Below, in pieces: positions 38,465 to 48,594 of a stretch of DNA of 64,000 nucleotides. The notes under the pieces are model-generated. The model saw only the letters and a program-made list of their open reading frames with translations, had not been told where the DNA came from and did no database searches. The stretch comes from Planctomycetota bacterium (GTDB lineage: Bacteria > Planctomycetota > UBA8108 > UBA1146), in the NCBI GenBank assembly GCA_032128395.1, contig JAQBGV010000194.1:13120-77119 (forward strand). The letters run 5' to 3'. Made by a program: the position numbers and the translations under genes. Position 1 is the first letter of the stretch; every line of letters begins with the position of its first letter.

Positions 38465-41338
38465 TCAGCCGGACCGCGCCCCTGCAACCTCCCGCGCTGC
38501 CAAGAGGCATCGACGGATCACCTGCGTCGCGGCCGGGATCTTTCCGCCGAACAGCGTCCAGATCACTTCCTCGGGGCGCACCATCTCCTGCCCTTGAAGC
38601 ACGAGCCGCAGCGCGAGGATTCGTTCCTCCTCGATGACCGTGAGCCACTCCGCGGCGTCCTCGGGAAGCGCATCGATGAACGAGACTTCATCGATCCCCG
38701 GTGCGAGATCGACGGTTTTCATCCTCCCGTTCTTGTCGGTGCGCTCGAACGGGACGTTCTCCGCGCGAATTCGTTCGAGGGCGTCTTCCGGAAGCGCGGC
38801 GACATCCTCTGCCGGGAGTAGGACGAGCGAGTCCGAGCGCATCGCGAATCGCGACAGCTTGAGCCCCCCCTCCCCCACCGCTTGCCCACCCGCGAGTCGG
38901 ATCCCCTCGGGGAGGACGCGGTTCACGCGTTCGGCGATCTCGGCGGGGTCGTGCTGATTGCGCAGCCACAGTTCGAGGGGCTCGGCGAGTCCCGCAAGGC
39001 CGAGGCGCAGCGGCGGTCCGTAACTGATGCGCGGGTTCGGGTGGAAGCCACGGGTGTAGGAGACCGTGAGCCCCGCCCGTCGAATCGCGCGGGGGAACAT
39101 CCGGACGAGGTCCAGGTGCGAGGTGAATCGACCGATCCCGAGCTTGGAGTAGGTGAAGCGGTACGCGTACGCCTGTTCGTCCACGGCGTGTCGCGGGGGG
39201 AGCGGCTTCTTCCCGCGTTTGACTTCACGGCGCCCCGCTGCGAGCTCGCGCACCTCGTCGAAAGTCTGTTCGGTCACCCGACTCCTACCCTCGACGCGGT
39301 GCGCATCGAGGGTGGTGAGGAATTCGACCCGATCTTCGCGCATACGAGTCATGTCGCACACGATCCCGCAGTGATAGCAGACGAGCGGCTTCGTCTGCTC
39401 AAGGGCATCTTCCAGGTTCGAGGGGTGCACGATCTGCGTCGCGGGTTTCCCGCACGGCAGGCTGACCCGATCCTTGAGCGCCCGACGGTATTCCTTCTGG
39501 AGGAACTTCGGCTCAACGCCGCAATCGATGTGGTCCCAGGGGAGGCGAGCGTCGATCGGGATGGTACGCAGGTAGGGGGTTCGGTCGATCTCGAGTTCTT
39601 CGATCGCCTCGAGCCAGAGGTCGAAGCGCAGTCGGTCGGACCAACCATCGAAGCGGCACCCCTTCCGCCACGCGGTCTCGATCAAGTCGGCGAGCGGTCG
39701 GTCCCCCCGACCGAGGACTCCCTCGAGGTGCGAACCTCGCGGATCGTGCCAACGCAGCTCCAGCCCCTGCACGCGGGTCGCATCGCGCAGCACCCGATGC
39801 TTGCGCTCGATCTCGGGAATGTCGTCCTGCGCCGCCCATTGAAAAGGAGTGAACGGCTTCGGGACGTGGCTCGAGACGGAGACGGTGACCTTGGCGCGTC
39901 CTCCCGAAATGTATTCCTTCGCGATCGCGAGCATCCGTTTTCCGGTCTCGGCGATCCCCAGCACGTCTTCTTCGTCCTCGCTCGGCAGCCCGATCATGAA
40001 GTAGAGCTTCATCCGCTTCCAACCGCGCGAGAAGATGCGATGCGCGCTCTTCGCGATGTCCTCCTCGGTGATGTTCTTGTTCACGACATCGCGCATCCGC
40101 TGCGTCCCCGCCTCGGGGGCGAAGGTCAAAGAGGTGCTCCGCACCGAGCCGATCTCGTCGAGCATCTCCTCGGACACCCCATACGCTCGCAGTGACGAGA
40201 CACTGAGGGAGACGTTTGCGTCCTTGAGTTTCGGCATCACGCTCTTGACGAGCGGCTCGATCGCGGAGTAGTCCGCGGTCGACAGACTCGTCAGCGACAC
40301 CTCGTCGAATCCACCGCAGCGGATCGACTTCTCGACGACTTCTTCGATCTCCTCGGGGGGGCGTTCCCGCACGGGGCGGTAGATCATCCCCGCCTGACAG
40401 AACCGGCACCCCTCGGTGCAACCCCGCGCGATCTCGATCGACACGCGGTCGAAGACGATCTCGGTGTTCGCGACCGGGAACTCGGCGGGGAACGGGTATT
40501 CGGCGAGGTCGGCGACGTGGGCGCGAGTGACCACTTCGGGGACCCGCGGGTCGAGCGGTGCACTGACCACCGTCAGGCCGGTGCGCTGGTCGAATTCGGT
40601 CGAGTAGAGGCTGGGTACGTAGATTCCAGGGAGTGAGCTGATCGCGATCAGCCGCTCGCGGCGCGAGAACCCGGCTTCGCGCAGCTCCCGCCAGCGGCGC
40701 ACGGTATCGACGAAGAACCCCTCGCCGTCACCGATCAGGTAGGCGTCGATGAACGGCGCCATCGGCTCCGGCTGGAACGCGCCCGGGCCTCCCGCCATCA
40801 CCAGCGGATCCTCTTCGGACCGATCTGCGCTGCGCAGCGGGATCCCGCCGAGGTCGAGCATCGTGAGGACGTTGGTAAAGGTCAGCTCGTACTGGAGCGA
40901 GAACCCGACGCAGTCGAACTCGCAGAGTGGGATCCAACTCTCGAGGGAGACGAGGGGGAGGTCGCGGCGGCGCAGCTCGCGTTCGAGGTCGACCCACGGC
41001 GCGTAGACCCGCTCGGCCCGGACTCCATCGAGGCCGTTCAGGTGCGAATAGAGGATCCGGTAGCCGAGATGGGACATCCCGATCTCGTACGCATCAGGGA
41101 ATGCGAGCGCGATCGACAGGTCGACCTCGGTCTTCTTTACGGAGTGCTGCTCCCCCCCGGTGTACCGCCCCGGTTTCTCGAGTCGATGGAGGAACGAAGC
41201 GTAGGGATGACCGGCAAGGGTGGTGCCATCGGGCAGACGCGGAACGTCGTGACCGGGAGCTTCTCTCGGTTCGGCTCCGCTCTCGAAGCCGACCTTTCCC
41301 ATCTCATCCCAGAGGTTGCTTCCCCCGGTATCCGTCAT
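38465..41338 (-). CDS. B12-binding-like radical SAM protein fused to a radical-SAM-linked C-terminal domain (TIGR03960/TIGR03936-like)
   Basis: PDAYEIGMSH, CTEGCRFC and LPWDHID; C-terminal SHLDL...GFHPNPRISY. Confidence 0.85.
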   Translation of the reverse strand: MTDTGGSNLWDEMGKVGFESGAEPREAPGHDVPRLPDGTTLAGHPYASFLHRLEKPGRYTGGEQHSVKKTEVDLSIALAFPDAYEIGMSHLGYRILYSHLNGLDGVRAERVYAPWVDLERELRRRDLPLVSLESWIPLCEFDCVGFSLQYELTFTNVLTMLDLGGIPLRSADRSEEDPLVMAGGPGAFQPEPMAPFIDAYLIGDGEGFFVDTVRRWRELREAGFSRRERLIAISSLPGIYVPSLYSTEFDQRTGLTVVSAPLDPRVPEVVTRAHVADLAEYPFPAEFPVANTEIVFDRVSIEIARGCTEGCRFCQAGMIYRPVRERPPEEIEEVVEKSIRCGGFDEVSLTSLSTADYSAIEPLVKSVMPKLKDANVSLSVSSLRAYGVSEEMLDEIGSVRSTSLTFAPEAGTQRMRDVVNKNITEEDIAKSAHRIFSRGWKRMKLYFMIGLPSEDEEDVLGIAETGKRMLAIAKEYISGGRAKVTVSVSSHVPKPFTPFQWAAQDDIPEIERKHRVLRDATRVQGLELRWHDPRGSHLEGVLGRGDRPLADLIETAWRKGCRFDGWSDRLRFDLWLEAIEELEIDRTPYLRTIPIDARLPWDHIDCGVEPKFLQKEYRRALKDRVSLPCGKPATQIVHPSNLEDALEQTKPLVCYHCGIVCDMTRMREDRVEFLTTLDAHRVEGRSRVTEQTFDEVRELAAGRREVKRGKKPLPPRHAVDEQAYAYRFTYSKLGIGRFTSHLDLVRMFPRAIRRAGLTVSYTRGFHPNPRISYGPPLRLGLAGLAEPLELWLRNQHDPAEIAERVNRVLPEGIRLAGGQAVGEGGLKLSRFAMRSDSLVLLPAEDVAALPEDALERIRAENVPFERTDKNGRMKTVDLAPGIDEVSFIDALPEDAAEWLTVIEEERILALRLVLQGQEMVRPEEVIWTLFGGKIPAATQVIRRCLLAAREVAGARSG

Positions 41339-41474
41339 CGGTCAGGTCCTTCCCCAGTGCTGCGAGCGTTCGTCCGCGGATCGTAGCACGGGGGGAGAGT
41401 GGATCCGTACGAGAGCTCGGTCGTGAGCGCGCACGATCATCCCTCGATGGTCTTCTTCTCTGCGTCTCGGCTAG

Positions 41475-43928
41475 CTAGGGAAGCGAAAACGTCCGATTGA
41501 AATACCCGCGCTCCCCATCGAGGAACGTGACCCCGACCCAGAGATCTCCGCCCCCCCCCGCAGGCCGAGCGAAGGGGAGTTCATAGAGTCGGCCCTCCCC
41601 GGCGGCGAGAATCTCCGCGGTGTAGGTGCGCTCTCCTCGATCGTCGGGGCCCGCCTGGAGGTAGAGGTGGAAGCGGACCGGAACCGCTTCGCGATTGCTG
41701 ATACGAACGGTCACCGCGCCAGCATCGACGTCGGCGAGAGCGACGACGACTCGAGCGGACTCGAGGGGAATCGGTCTCTGGAAGGGGACCTGGGCGGAGC
41801 GTCCGTCGGGACGGCGGATCGTCAAGGTGCCGTGGGTCCACTCGGTCCCCTCGATCCCTGCGCTGGGGGGGACTTCGATCGCGACATCCCAGGTGGCGCG
41901 TTTCCCCGCATCGATCGCGCTCGGCGTGAGCGCACCGCGCAGTTCATAGCCAGGGGGAAGCTCGAGGGAGGGCTCGAGCGTCGCGCGCCCGCCGAGGTGG
42001 TTGTCGACGGTGACGCGAAATCCGTCATCTGCGGCGGAGATCGCGAGGGATCGAACGGTCCGTTCGAGGGGGAGATCGATCCCTTCGATGAGGAGGAACC
42101 GACCGCGGAGCTCGATCGTCACGACGCCGTTCTCGACCGGCGGGATCTCCAATCGGTGTCCAGTGGCATCGAAGACGCGCGGATCACCTTCCGCGTGAAG
42201 GGTGATCGATCGCGCGAGGAACGCTCTCCCGTCGGCGATGAGAACCACTGCACCCCGCCCTTCGCGCCGGTAGAGGAGGGCCTCCGCCCCCCCCAGCCAG
42301 CGCTCGCGGCCGAGGCACCGCGCTGAGCCGAGGTAGCCGCGACAGAAGCGCCAGACGAGCCAGGAAGCCTGAGGCGCGAATCCTTCCTCGGGGGTTCGAC
42401 CTCGCCGAAAGAGACTCGCCATCGGATCGATCAGGTAGACCTCGCTCGCTCCTGCCGCATCGAGTCGGAGGAGAGTCGTCGCCCAGACCTCGGGATCGAG
42501 GCCGAGACGTACCCCATCGAGGCGGGCGGCGAATCGGCGCGGGAGGCTCGCATCGAAGCTTCTCCCGACGGTGAGGAGCTGAGGGACGTCGGAGAGGATT
42601 CCGGGGAGCTCTCCCGCGATCCCGAAGCGGAGATCGGGAGCACGGGTCGCTAGAGCCGCGACGACCGCGGGTACGTCGGGGGCGGACTCCAGGTACCACC
42701 GCGACACGTCCCTGAAGAGACCGGCGAGGGCGGGGAGGGCGGGCTCGAGATTCTCTGCGCCGAGCGCGATCCTCGCCGCCCGCTGCGACTCGGGAACCGA
42801 TGCGAGATCCCGCGGCCAACCATCGATCAGATCTGTGACTGCGAGCAGGGCGGGGACCGGGGCGACCGGCCGAACCCACTCCTCGAGCGGCCACGAGACC
42901 TCCATGCCGTGTCGAGACCTCCCCCGCCCGACTGCGAAGGGAGGGTTTCCGAGTGCGAACGGCTCCTGCCGAAGGAGCGTCTCGTGGCCGCGCGCATCCC
43001 GCACGCGAACGACGAGCCAGCGAATCTCCGCTTCCTGCTCGATCGAACGATCTGCGCTCCGCCCGAGGAAGCGAGCACTGGGTCTGAGGTGGATCGGGTG
43101 CGGGTCGTCGACGAAACGCGCGAGTCGTTCCGCCGCGAGGATCTCCCCTTGCGAGTCGAGCACCGCGAGTTCGACCTCGTAATCCCCAGAGGGGAGCCCG
43201 ACGCTGTACAGCTCGACCGGAGACTCGACTCCCTCGGGGTCGACCCTCCGCAACGGATCGCGCCAGCGCACGACCGCCCGCGGGGTGGCGGTGACACGAA
43301 CATCATCGAACTCGAATCCCCCGGGTCGTCGCTCGCGCGGTGCATCGACTCGGATCTCGAGGCGCCAAGCGACGGTGCCCTCGGGAACGATCACCTCCGC
43401 TCGGTGACGGCTCCACGCCGACGGGGGTCCCCCACCCTCGAGAAGCGGGCGGAACTCCCTCCCGAAGATCGGTCGCCCCGTGTCCTCGTCGAGGGCGTCG
43501 CTGAACCGGACCCCGAATTCCCAACTTCCCCGGCCGAGGTCATCCCAGCGGACCGTGGCCTCGAGCACGAGGAGCTCTCCCGGTTCGACGGGCGGATGGG
43601 TCGGATCGGTCGGATCGAAGCCGGGCTCGGGGATCTGCCTCGAAATCAGAAGAGCGCTCCCGCCGCCGACCGGGATCCGGATCGCCCGACCGAGTCCCCC
43701 GGTGCCGCCTTCGATCAGTGACGCCTCCATCGCCCTGGGAAAATCGATGGATGAGTAGTCCTGGTCCCAACCGAACGCCGGGAGGGTCAGGCGGGAGATG
43801 GGGAGATCCCACCGCTCGACGTCGCAGAGGAAGAGGACGCGATCCCCGGTCGACTTCGGCTCGGTCAGGGCTTGCGGGGAAGCGAGGCCGATCGCAGCGG
43901 CGAAGATCGCGAGGGTGGCGAAGGTCAT
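41475..43928 (-). CDS. Secreted multidomain protein (CBM-like jelly-roll, Ig/NEW3-like C-terminal domains)
   Basis: Signal peptide MTFATLAIFAAAIGLA; W...VPEG...FEFDDVRV jelly-roll pattern; VTVDN...LELPPG Ig-like segments. Confidence 0.55.
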   Translation of the reverse strand: MTFATLAIFAAAIGLASPQALTEPKSTGDRVLFLCDVERWDLPISRLTLPAFGWDQDYSSIDFPRAMEASLIEGGTGGLGRAIRIPVGGGSALLISRQIPEPGFDPTDPTHPPVEPGELLVLEATVRWDDLGRGSWEFGVRFSDALDEDTGRPIFGREFRPLLEGGGPPSAWSRHRAEVIVPEGTVAWRLEIRVDAPRERRPGGFEFDDVRVTATPRAVVRWRDPLRRVDPEGVESPVELYSVGLPSGDYEVELAVLDSQGEILAAERLARFVDDPHPIHLRPSARFLGRSADRSIEQEAEIRWLVVRVRDARGHETLLRQEPFALGNPPFAVGRGRSRHGMEVSWPLEEWVRPVAPVPALLAVTDLIDGWPRDLASVPESQRAARIALGAENLEPALPALAGLFRDVSRWYLESAPDVPAVVAALATRAPDLRFGIAGELPGILSDVPQLLTVGRSFDASLPRRFAARLDGVRLGLDPEVWATTLLRLDAAGASEVYLIDPMASLFRRGRTPEEGFAPQASWLVWRFCRGYLGSARCLGRERWLGGAEALLYRREGRGAVVLIADGRAFLARSITLHAEGDPRVFDATGHRLEIPPVENGVVTIELRGRFLLIEGIDLPLERTVRSLAISAADDGFRVTVDNHLGGRATLEPSLELPPGYELRGALTPSAIDAGKRATWDVAIEVPPSAGIEGTEWTHGTLTIRRPDGRSAQVPFQRPIPLESARVVVALADVDAGAVTVRISNREAVPVRFHLYLQAGPDDRGERTYTAEILAAGEGRLYELPFARPAGGGGDLWVGVTFLDGERGYFNRTFSLP

Positions 43929-44392
43929 TCGGTCCGATCCAGGTAGCGCGGGGATGGGGTCGGCGCCGGGGGGGTGCCGTAGGCCTGGTTCACGCGACGT
44001 CCCCCTTCGATCTTGCGCAACTGGACCGCGGTCTCCTGTCGGGCCTCGTCGACCCGGCGCTGTTGTTCGGTCTCGAGGGAGATCAGTCCCTCGAGTGTCG
44101 TGTGGAGTAGGTCGAGTTCGTTCTGGACTTCGGCCCGCAGCGCACCCGGCAAGGTGTCCCGTTCGGATTGCCAGCACGCCTTGAGGGGTGCGATGCGCAC
44201 ATCGATCGCTTCGATGCGAGTGAGGGTCGACTCCTTGGCCCGGGCGAGGGCGAGGATCTCATCGGTCTGCGCGCCGAGGAGGATCTCGCTCTGCCGACGA
44301 GTGTGCAGTTCGAGTTCCGCGTACACCTCTCGCTGCTCCCTGAGACCATCGCGCATCGTCCGCGCTTCGGGGCACCAGTCCGACGTCATCAT
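43925..44392 (-). CDS. FlgN-like helical export chaperone
   Basis: All-helical protein of ~155 aa, YAEL...Q...K...I pattern, C-terminal NQAYG...YLDR. Confidence 0.55.
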   Translation of the reverse strand: MMTSDWCPEARTMRDGLREQREVYAELELHTRRQSEILLGAQTDEILALARAKESTLTRIEAIDVRIAPLKACWQSERDTLPGALRAEVQNELDLLHTTLEGLISLETEQQRRVDEARQETAVQLRKIEGGRRVNQAYGTPPAPTPSPRYLDRTE

Positions 44393-47300
44393 CGCGACCT
44401 CTCGTTTCTTCCGACCATCCGCACGTCGGCTTCGAGGAGACGGATCCGCGACCGAAGCTCCTGGCGAAGGTCGACCGGGACCACTCGTCCCACCTCGCTC
44501 GCGAGCGCCTCTGCCTTCCGCTCGCCCCTCCGGTAGAGCCCGAGCGCGACCTCGTGATCCCCGCGCTCTCGCGCGATCTCCCCGAGCATCAGGTAGCCGA
44601 AGGGAACTCGGACCGAACTCGGGTAGCGCTCGATCGCCCTCTGGTAGGCATCTTCGGCCAGCTGAGCGTCCCCCTCCATCCGCCAGGCGTCGCCCAGGGT
44701 GTAGAGCGCCTTCTCTGCGGTCTCGTCCCAGAGTCGCCGCTCCTCAAGAGGCGGATTGCCGCTCCGAAACGCATCCTCGTCCGCGAACAACGACTCGAGG
44801 TGCCTCCGGGCGGTTGCGGGATCCCCGAGGACCAGGCTGTGCTCCGCGGCGTGGTGCCTCGCGATCGCCGCCTCCGCGGTGCCCTCGGTCGGCAGGAGCC
44901 AGCTCGCCGCCTCGGCCCACGCATCCCGTGCGGCGCGAATCTCGCTCTCGGCGGGGGCTTCCAGTCCAGGGATGCGACGCTCGAGCACCTGTGCGCGGCG
45001 GAGAAGTGCAGTCCGCCGCAGCGAGCTGCTCGGTCTCAGGTCGTGGATCAGACGGTCGTAGACCTCGAGGGCGGGAGCATCTCGCCCGACTGCTTCGAGG
45101 GCCCCCGCTTTCTCGATCAACAGCGTCTCGAGCACCGGATAGGTCGCATCTTGGTCGAGGATCTTCGAGTCGGCGAGGATGATCACCTTCTGCATGTTCC
45201 CCGCCTCTCTCTCGATTCGGATGCTGAGGAGCAGCGCATCCCACGCGGGGCCATCATCCCTCTCACCACGGGAGAGGACCGGTGCGAACTCCTCGACCGA
45301 GTCTCTCGCCTCGTCGAGATCCCCTGCCGCCAGGAACGATCGAGATGCCTCGAGATGCAGTCGAGTCTGGGAGGGATCGAGCCGAGCGGCGGCGCGAAAG
45401 GCACGCCCCGCGGCGCGGTGGTGGGTGACCGAGTCTTCCCGCAGATCCTCCGGGGTGGCGGCAGCGAGCCCTCGCTCGGCCTCGGCCTCGGCGATGAGGA
45501 GCACGATCGAGCCACCCGAGAGGTGTCGGACCCGGACGAGGGTCGTCCGCGCGAGTTCGAGTGCACCCGCAGACTGCTGGGCCCCTACCCGCTCGAAGAG
45601 CACATCCCTCAGCGCGAGCCGCGCGCTCTCGAGCTCGAACGGGAGCCCCCCGGGGCGGAGGAAACGCGCCTCGATTTCAGCGAGACGTCTTGCCGCCTTG
45701 TGGTCGTCCAGCCAGCCGACCGGTTGCTGATCGAGGTCGAGCCTCAATCGCAGCACCTGGGCGACCTCCTCGGGTACCGCATCGTAGGCCGCGTCCTCCG
45801 CGAGAGGTGCGAGCGTGGCGGCGGCTGCGGCGCGCAGCTCATCGGCGGAGGCGAGGTCGTCCTCGCGCTCCTCGAGGACCACCAGCAGCGCTCCGATCTC
45901 CGCGCGCGAGAGCCCCGGGGGGGGCCCTTCGTCGAGCAATCCGAGAAGACGCGGTGCGATCCCGCCGATCCGGCCTTCCCCGAGTGCGATCCTCGATTCG
46001 AGGAAGTGGAGGTAGGCGAGGTCGCGTCGGGAGGTGAGCTCGGTGCGGAGCAATTCGAGGGTGCGATCGAGCCAGGGGCGACCCGCGTCGGAGAACTCCG
46101 CCCAGACCTTTCCACTCTCGAATCGCACCGCGGGGCGGTCGACCGCAACGGAGAACCGACCGTGTTCCGCAAGGCGACGCCAACTCTCGGCCTCGGGCGA
46201 GTACAGGACATGCTCGACCGGAGGGCGCGCGGCGTCGGCGGCGAGGAGCTCCTTCACCCGCTCGCGCGCGCCCTCGCCCCCATCGAGTCTCGCCCGACCC
46301 GCTCGCAGCAGCTCCCAATAGAAGCTCGCGCCGACCTGCTCCGGATGAACCGCGAGCTGGTCGAGCACATGGCCGAGCTCCGCGCGGTCATCGAGGAGCA
46401 GAGCGTTCACTCCGACCTTGAACAGCTGTCGGTCGCGTGGGGTGTGCGCTCCGAGGAGTGGGGCCGCGCTTCGCTGCCGCACGCGGGCCGCCGCGATTTG
46501 GGCCCGGGCGAGATCGAGGGTGACCCGACGACGGTGCCGCGCGGAAAGTGGCTGATCGAGTCGATCGGATTCGTCCGGTGGATCGAGCGCCGCGGTGAGG
46601 GATTCGATCGCCGCCCCGATGTTGGCGCTCCCCGCTCGGCTCGCCTCGACCGCGGCGAGCCGCTGCACCCCATCGATCCAGTGCCCGAGCCGGCGCGCGG
46701 CTCCCTGGGATGCCCCGGGACGTCGTTCCATCTCGATCGGTTCAGTGGCCCGAGCGAGGATGTCGATCAATCGGCCGTCCTGCGAGTGACCGGCGAGCTC
46801 CGCGAGCACTCGGATCCACTCGGCGTGGAGTTCGAACGAGGGGAGTTCCGTCCCGGGTGGAGAGAGAATCGCGTCAGCCCATCGCGCGGCGAGATCCGGC
46901 TCGTCGAGCAACACCGCCGAGGCGAGGATCTCCCCCGGTGCAGTGCGGTCCTGTGCGCGGAGCCAGGTCGCGATCCCGGGGGCCCGCAAGAGGTCGCGGG
47001 CGATCGCTGCGAAGTACTCCGGCCCTCCCTCCGAGATCGCGCGTTGCCGAAGGCTGCGGATCAGCTCCCCCGGGTCACGGAGCGGGACGTCGCGTTCGAT
47101 CGCGGAGAGGAGGATCGCGACTTCCAATTCGAGCAGCTTCGGCTCCGGGTTGCCGCGGCTGCGTCGACCGAGCGCGTCGGTGACCGATTGGTAGCTCTCG
47201 GGAGTCCAATGGTGCAGATCGCGCCGGGCGAACCCGTTCAGGACGACGCGGGGGTCGGCGCTCTCGATCCGTGCGATGAGGAGCGCGATCTCCTCGGCGG

Positions 47301-47478
47301 GAATCTGGGGAGCCGCTCGGCCGAGACGGAAGGGATCATCGGGGTTGCGCCCCACCGTCTCCGCCGTTCCAGGCTGGGTCGAGGGGGAATCGCCGAGGGC
47401 CAGCCAGATCAGCGGTGCGAGCAGCACTACTGCGAGCCCGGCACCGATCCGCGGCAGGGGTCCGGAGGGAAATCGCAT
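44389..47478 (-). CDS. Large membrane-anchored TPR protein
   Basis: N-terminal TM helix; TPR motifs ALYTLGDAW...AYQRAIERYP and GYLMLGEI...ALGLY. Confidence 0.7.
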   Translation of the reverse strand: MRFPSGPLPRIGAGLAVVLLAPLIWLALGDSPSTQPGTAETVGRNPDDPFRLGRAAPQIPAEEIALLIARIESADPRVVLNGFARRDLHHWTPESYQSVTDALGRRSRGNPEPKLLELEVAILLSAIERDVPLRDPGELIRSLRQRAISEGGPEYFAAIARDLLRAPGIATWLRAQDRTAPGEILASAVLLDEPDLAARWADAILSPPGTELPSFELHAEWIRVLAELAGHSQDGRLIDILARATEPIEMERRPGASQGAARRLGHWIDGVQRLAAVEASRAGSANIGAAIESLTAALDPPDESDRLDQPLSARHRRRVTLDLARAQIAAARVRQRSAAPLLGAHTPRDRQLFKVGVNALLLDDRAELGHVLDQLAVHPEQVGASFYWELLRAGRARLDGGEGARERVKELLAADAARPPVEHVLYSPEAESWRRLAEHGRFSVAVDRPAVRFESGKVWAEFSDAGRPWLDRTLELLRTELTSRRDLAYLHFLESRIALGEGRIGGIAPRLLGLLDEGPPPGLSRAEIGALLVVLEEREDDLASADELRAAAAATLAPLAEDAAYDAVPEEVAQVLRLRLDLDQQPVGWLDDHKAARRLAEIEARFLRPGGLPFELESARLALRDVLFERVGAQQSAGALELARTTLVRVRHLSGGSIVLLIAEAEAERGLAAATPEDLREDSVTHHRAAGRAFRAAARLDPSQTRLHLEASRSFLAAGDLDEARDSVEEFAPVLSRGERDDGPAWDALLLSIRIEREAGNMQKVIILADSKILDQDATYPVLETLLIEKAGALEAVGRDAPALEVYDRLIHDLRPSSSLRRTALLRRAQVLERRIPGLEAPAESEIRAARDAWAEAASWLLPTEGTAEAAIARHHAAEHSLVLGDPATARRHLESLFADEDAFRSGNPPLEERRLWDETAEKALYTLGDAWRMEGDAQLAEDAYQRAIERYPSSVRVPFGYLMLGEIARERGDHEVALGLYRRGERKAEALASEVGRVVPVDLRQELRSRIRLLEADVRMVGRNERSR

Positions 47479-47482
47479 CCGA

Positions 47483-47776
47483 TCAGCCTTCCTGCTCCTC
47501 GTCGAGGATCTCGCGGACCTCCTTGAGGCTGTGCCTCTTCTTGAGATCGGCGATTCGGGCGAGTCGGTGGAACACCTCCTCGCCGTAGAGGCGATGACCG
47601 GACTCGGTGCGCTCCTCCTCGGTGATCAATCCGAGCATCGTGTAGTTGTGGAGCGTCTGGCGGGAAATGCCCGTATGGGCCATCACCTCGCCGATCTTGA
47701 ACAGTTTTCGAGGGATCTGTGGGGTGCCGCGGCGCGTTTCGGCGCGCTGGTCCCTGCGCTCCGCACCCCCGGCCAT
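47483..47776 (-). CDS. Short MerR-family HTH regulator
   Basis: FKIGEV...ISRQTLHNY...GLI...RTESGHRLY. No effector domain. Confidence 0.9.
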   Translation of the reverse strand: MAGGAERRDQRAETRRGTPQIPRKLFKIGEVMAHTGISRQTLHNYTMLGLITEEERTESGHRLYGEEVFHRLARIADLKKRHSLKEVREILDEEQEG

Positions 47777-47826
47777 GACGACTCCACTCCCGTCCCGATC
47801 CAATCCCCGCCACCCTCCATGCGACT

Positions 47827-47860
47827 CTTTGTACTTTATGTTTTACAAAGCGTAAGGCAA
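47827..47860 (-). promoter_or_regulatory. Candidate sigma70 promoter with an overlapping dyad upstream of the MerR gene
   Basis: AT-rich island with CTTTGTA-N10-TACAAAG inverted repeat; minus strand reads TTGCCT-N16-TAAAGT. Confidence 0.4.
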
Positions 47861-47929
47861 GGGGAATCACCCGAGCATGGGGTGGGCGACTCCCTTCGCC
47901 CCGGGCCCGGGTGGTTCGGCGGGATGGGT

Positions 47930-48220
47930 CTACTGCTTGGCGCCCCTCGGGGGCACCGGATCGAACCCTCCCCGCGAGAAGGGGTTACACCTCAGGATCC
48001 GCCAGATGGTCAGGACGGACCCCCGCCAGAAGCCCCGGGCCTGGAACGCCTCCGCCGAGTACTGGCTGCAGCTGGGGTAGTACCGGCAGAGGGGGGGGAG
48101 CAAGGGGGAGATCGCCGCCTGGTACCCCTTGAGGAGGAACAGGACGGGGCGAACCGGCCACGGGGCCAGGCGTGCCTCGATCCGGGGGGACCGACGCCAA
48201 GGTCGATCACTCGACTTCAC
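47930..48220 (-). CDS. yidD: Membrane protein insertion efficiency factor YidD
   Basis: [17 protein letters not shown] and [21 protein letters not shown] overlap with rnpA. Confidence 0.93.
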   Translation of the reverse strand: MKSSDRPWRRSPRIEARLAPWPVRPVLFLLKGYQAAISPLLPPLCRYYPSCSQYSAEAFQARGFWRGSVLTIWRILRCNPFSRGGFDPVPPRGAKQ

Positions 48221-48594
48221 GACCCCTTCTTCCTGGGGCGCCACTCCCCGATCAGCCGAAGAAACTGTCCGCGGAGTTCATCGAACGACAGTCGATCGGC
48301 CCCGGGCTGAGGGATCGCGACGACATCGAGGGCAGCGGGGAACACCTCGAGGTGGCGGCGGAAGATCTCACGGAGACGCCGCTTCACTCGGTTCCGAACG
48401 ACGGCGCCCCCCACCTTGCGCGAAACCGCGAGACCGAGTCGGGGGTGACCGCGGTCGTTCTCGGCGAGGACGATCCGGAGCTGCGGCGTGCTGCGCCGGA
48501 CGCCGTTTCGAAAAACGTGCTCGAATTCACGTTTGCGCCGCAGCCGAGCCGTCGGGGGGAATCGCTCCCCGACCGGCGCCGGTGCGGCGCTCAG
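48217..48594 (-). CDS. rnpA: Ribonuclease P protein component (probable non-canonical CTG start)
   Basis: [42 protein letters not shown] (RNR motif). The frame is open upstream of the 48414 GTG with no ATG/GTG/TTG. Confidence 0.9.
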   Translation of the reverse strand: MSAAPAPVGERFPPTARLRRKREFEHVFRNGVRRSTPQLRIVLAENDRGHPRLGLAVSRKVGGAVVRNRVKRRLREIFRRHLEVFPAALDVVAIPQPGADRLSFDELRGQFLRLIGEWRPRKKGS

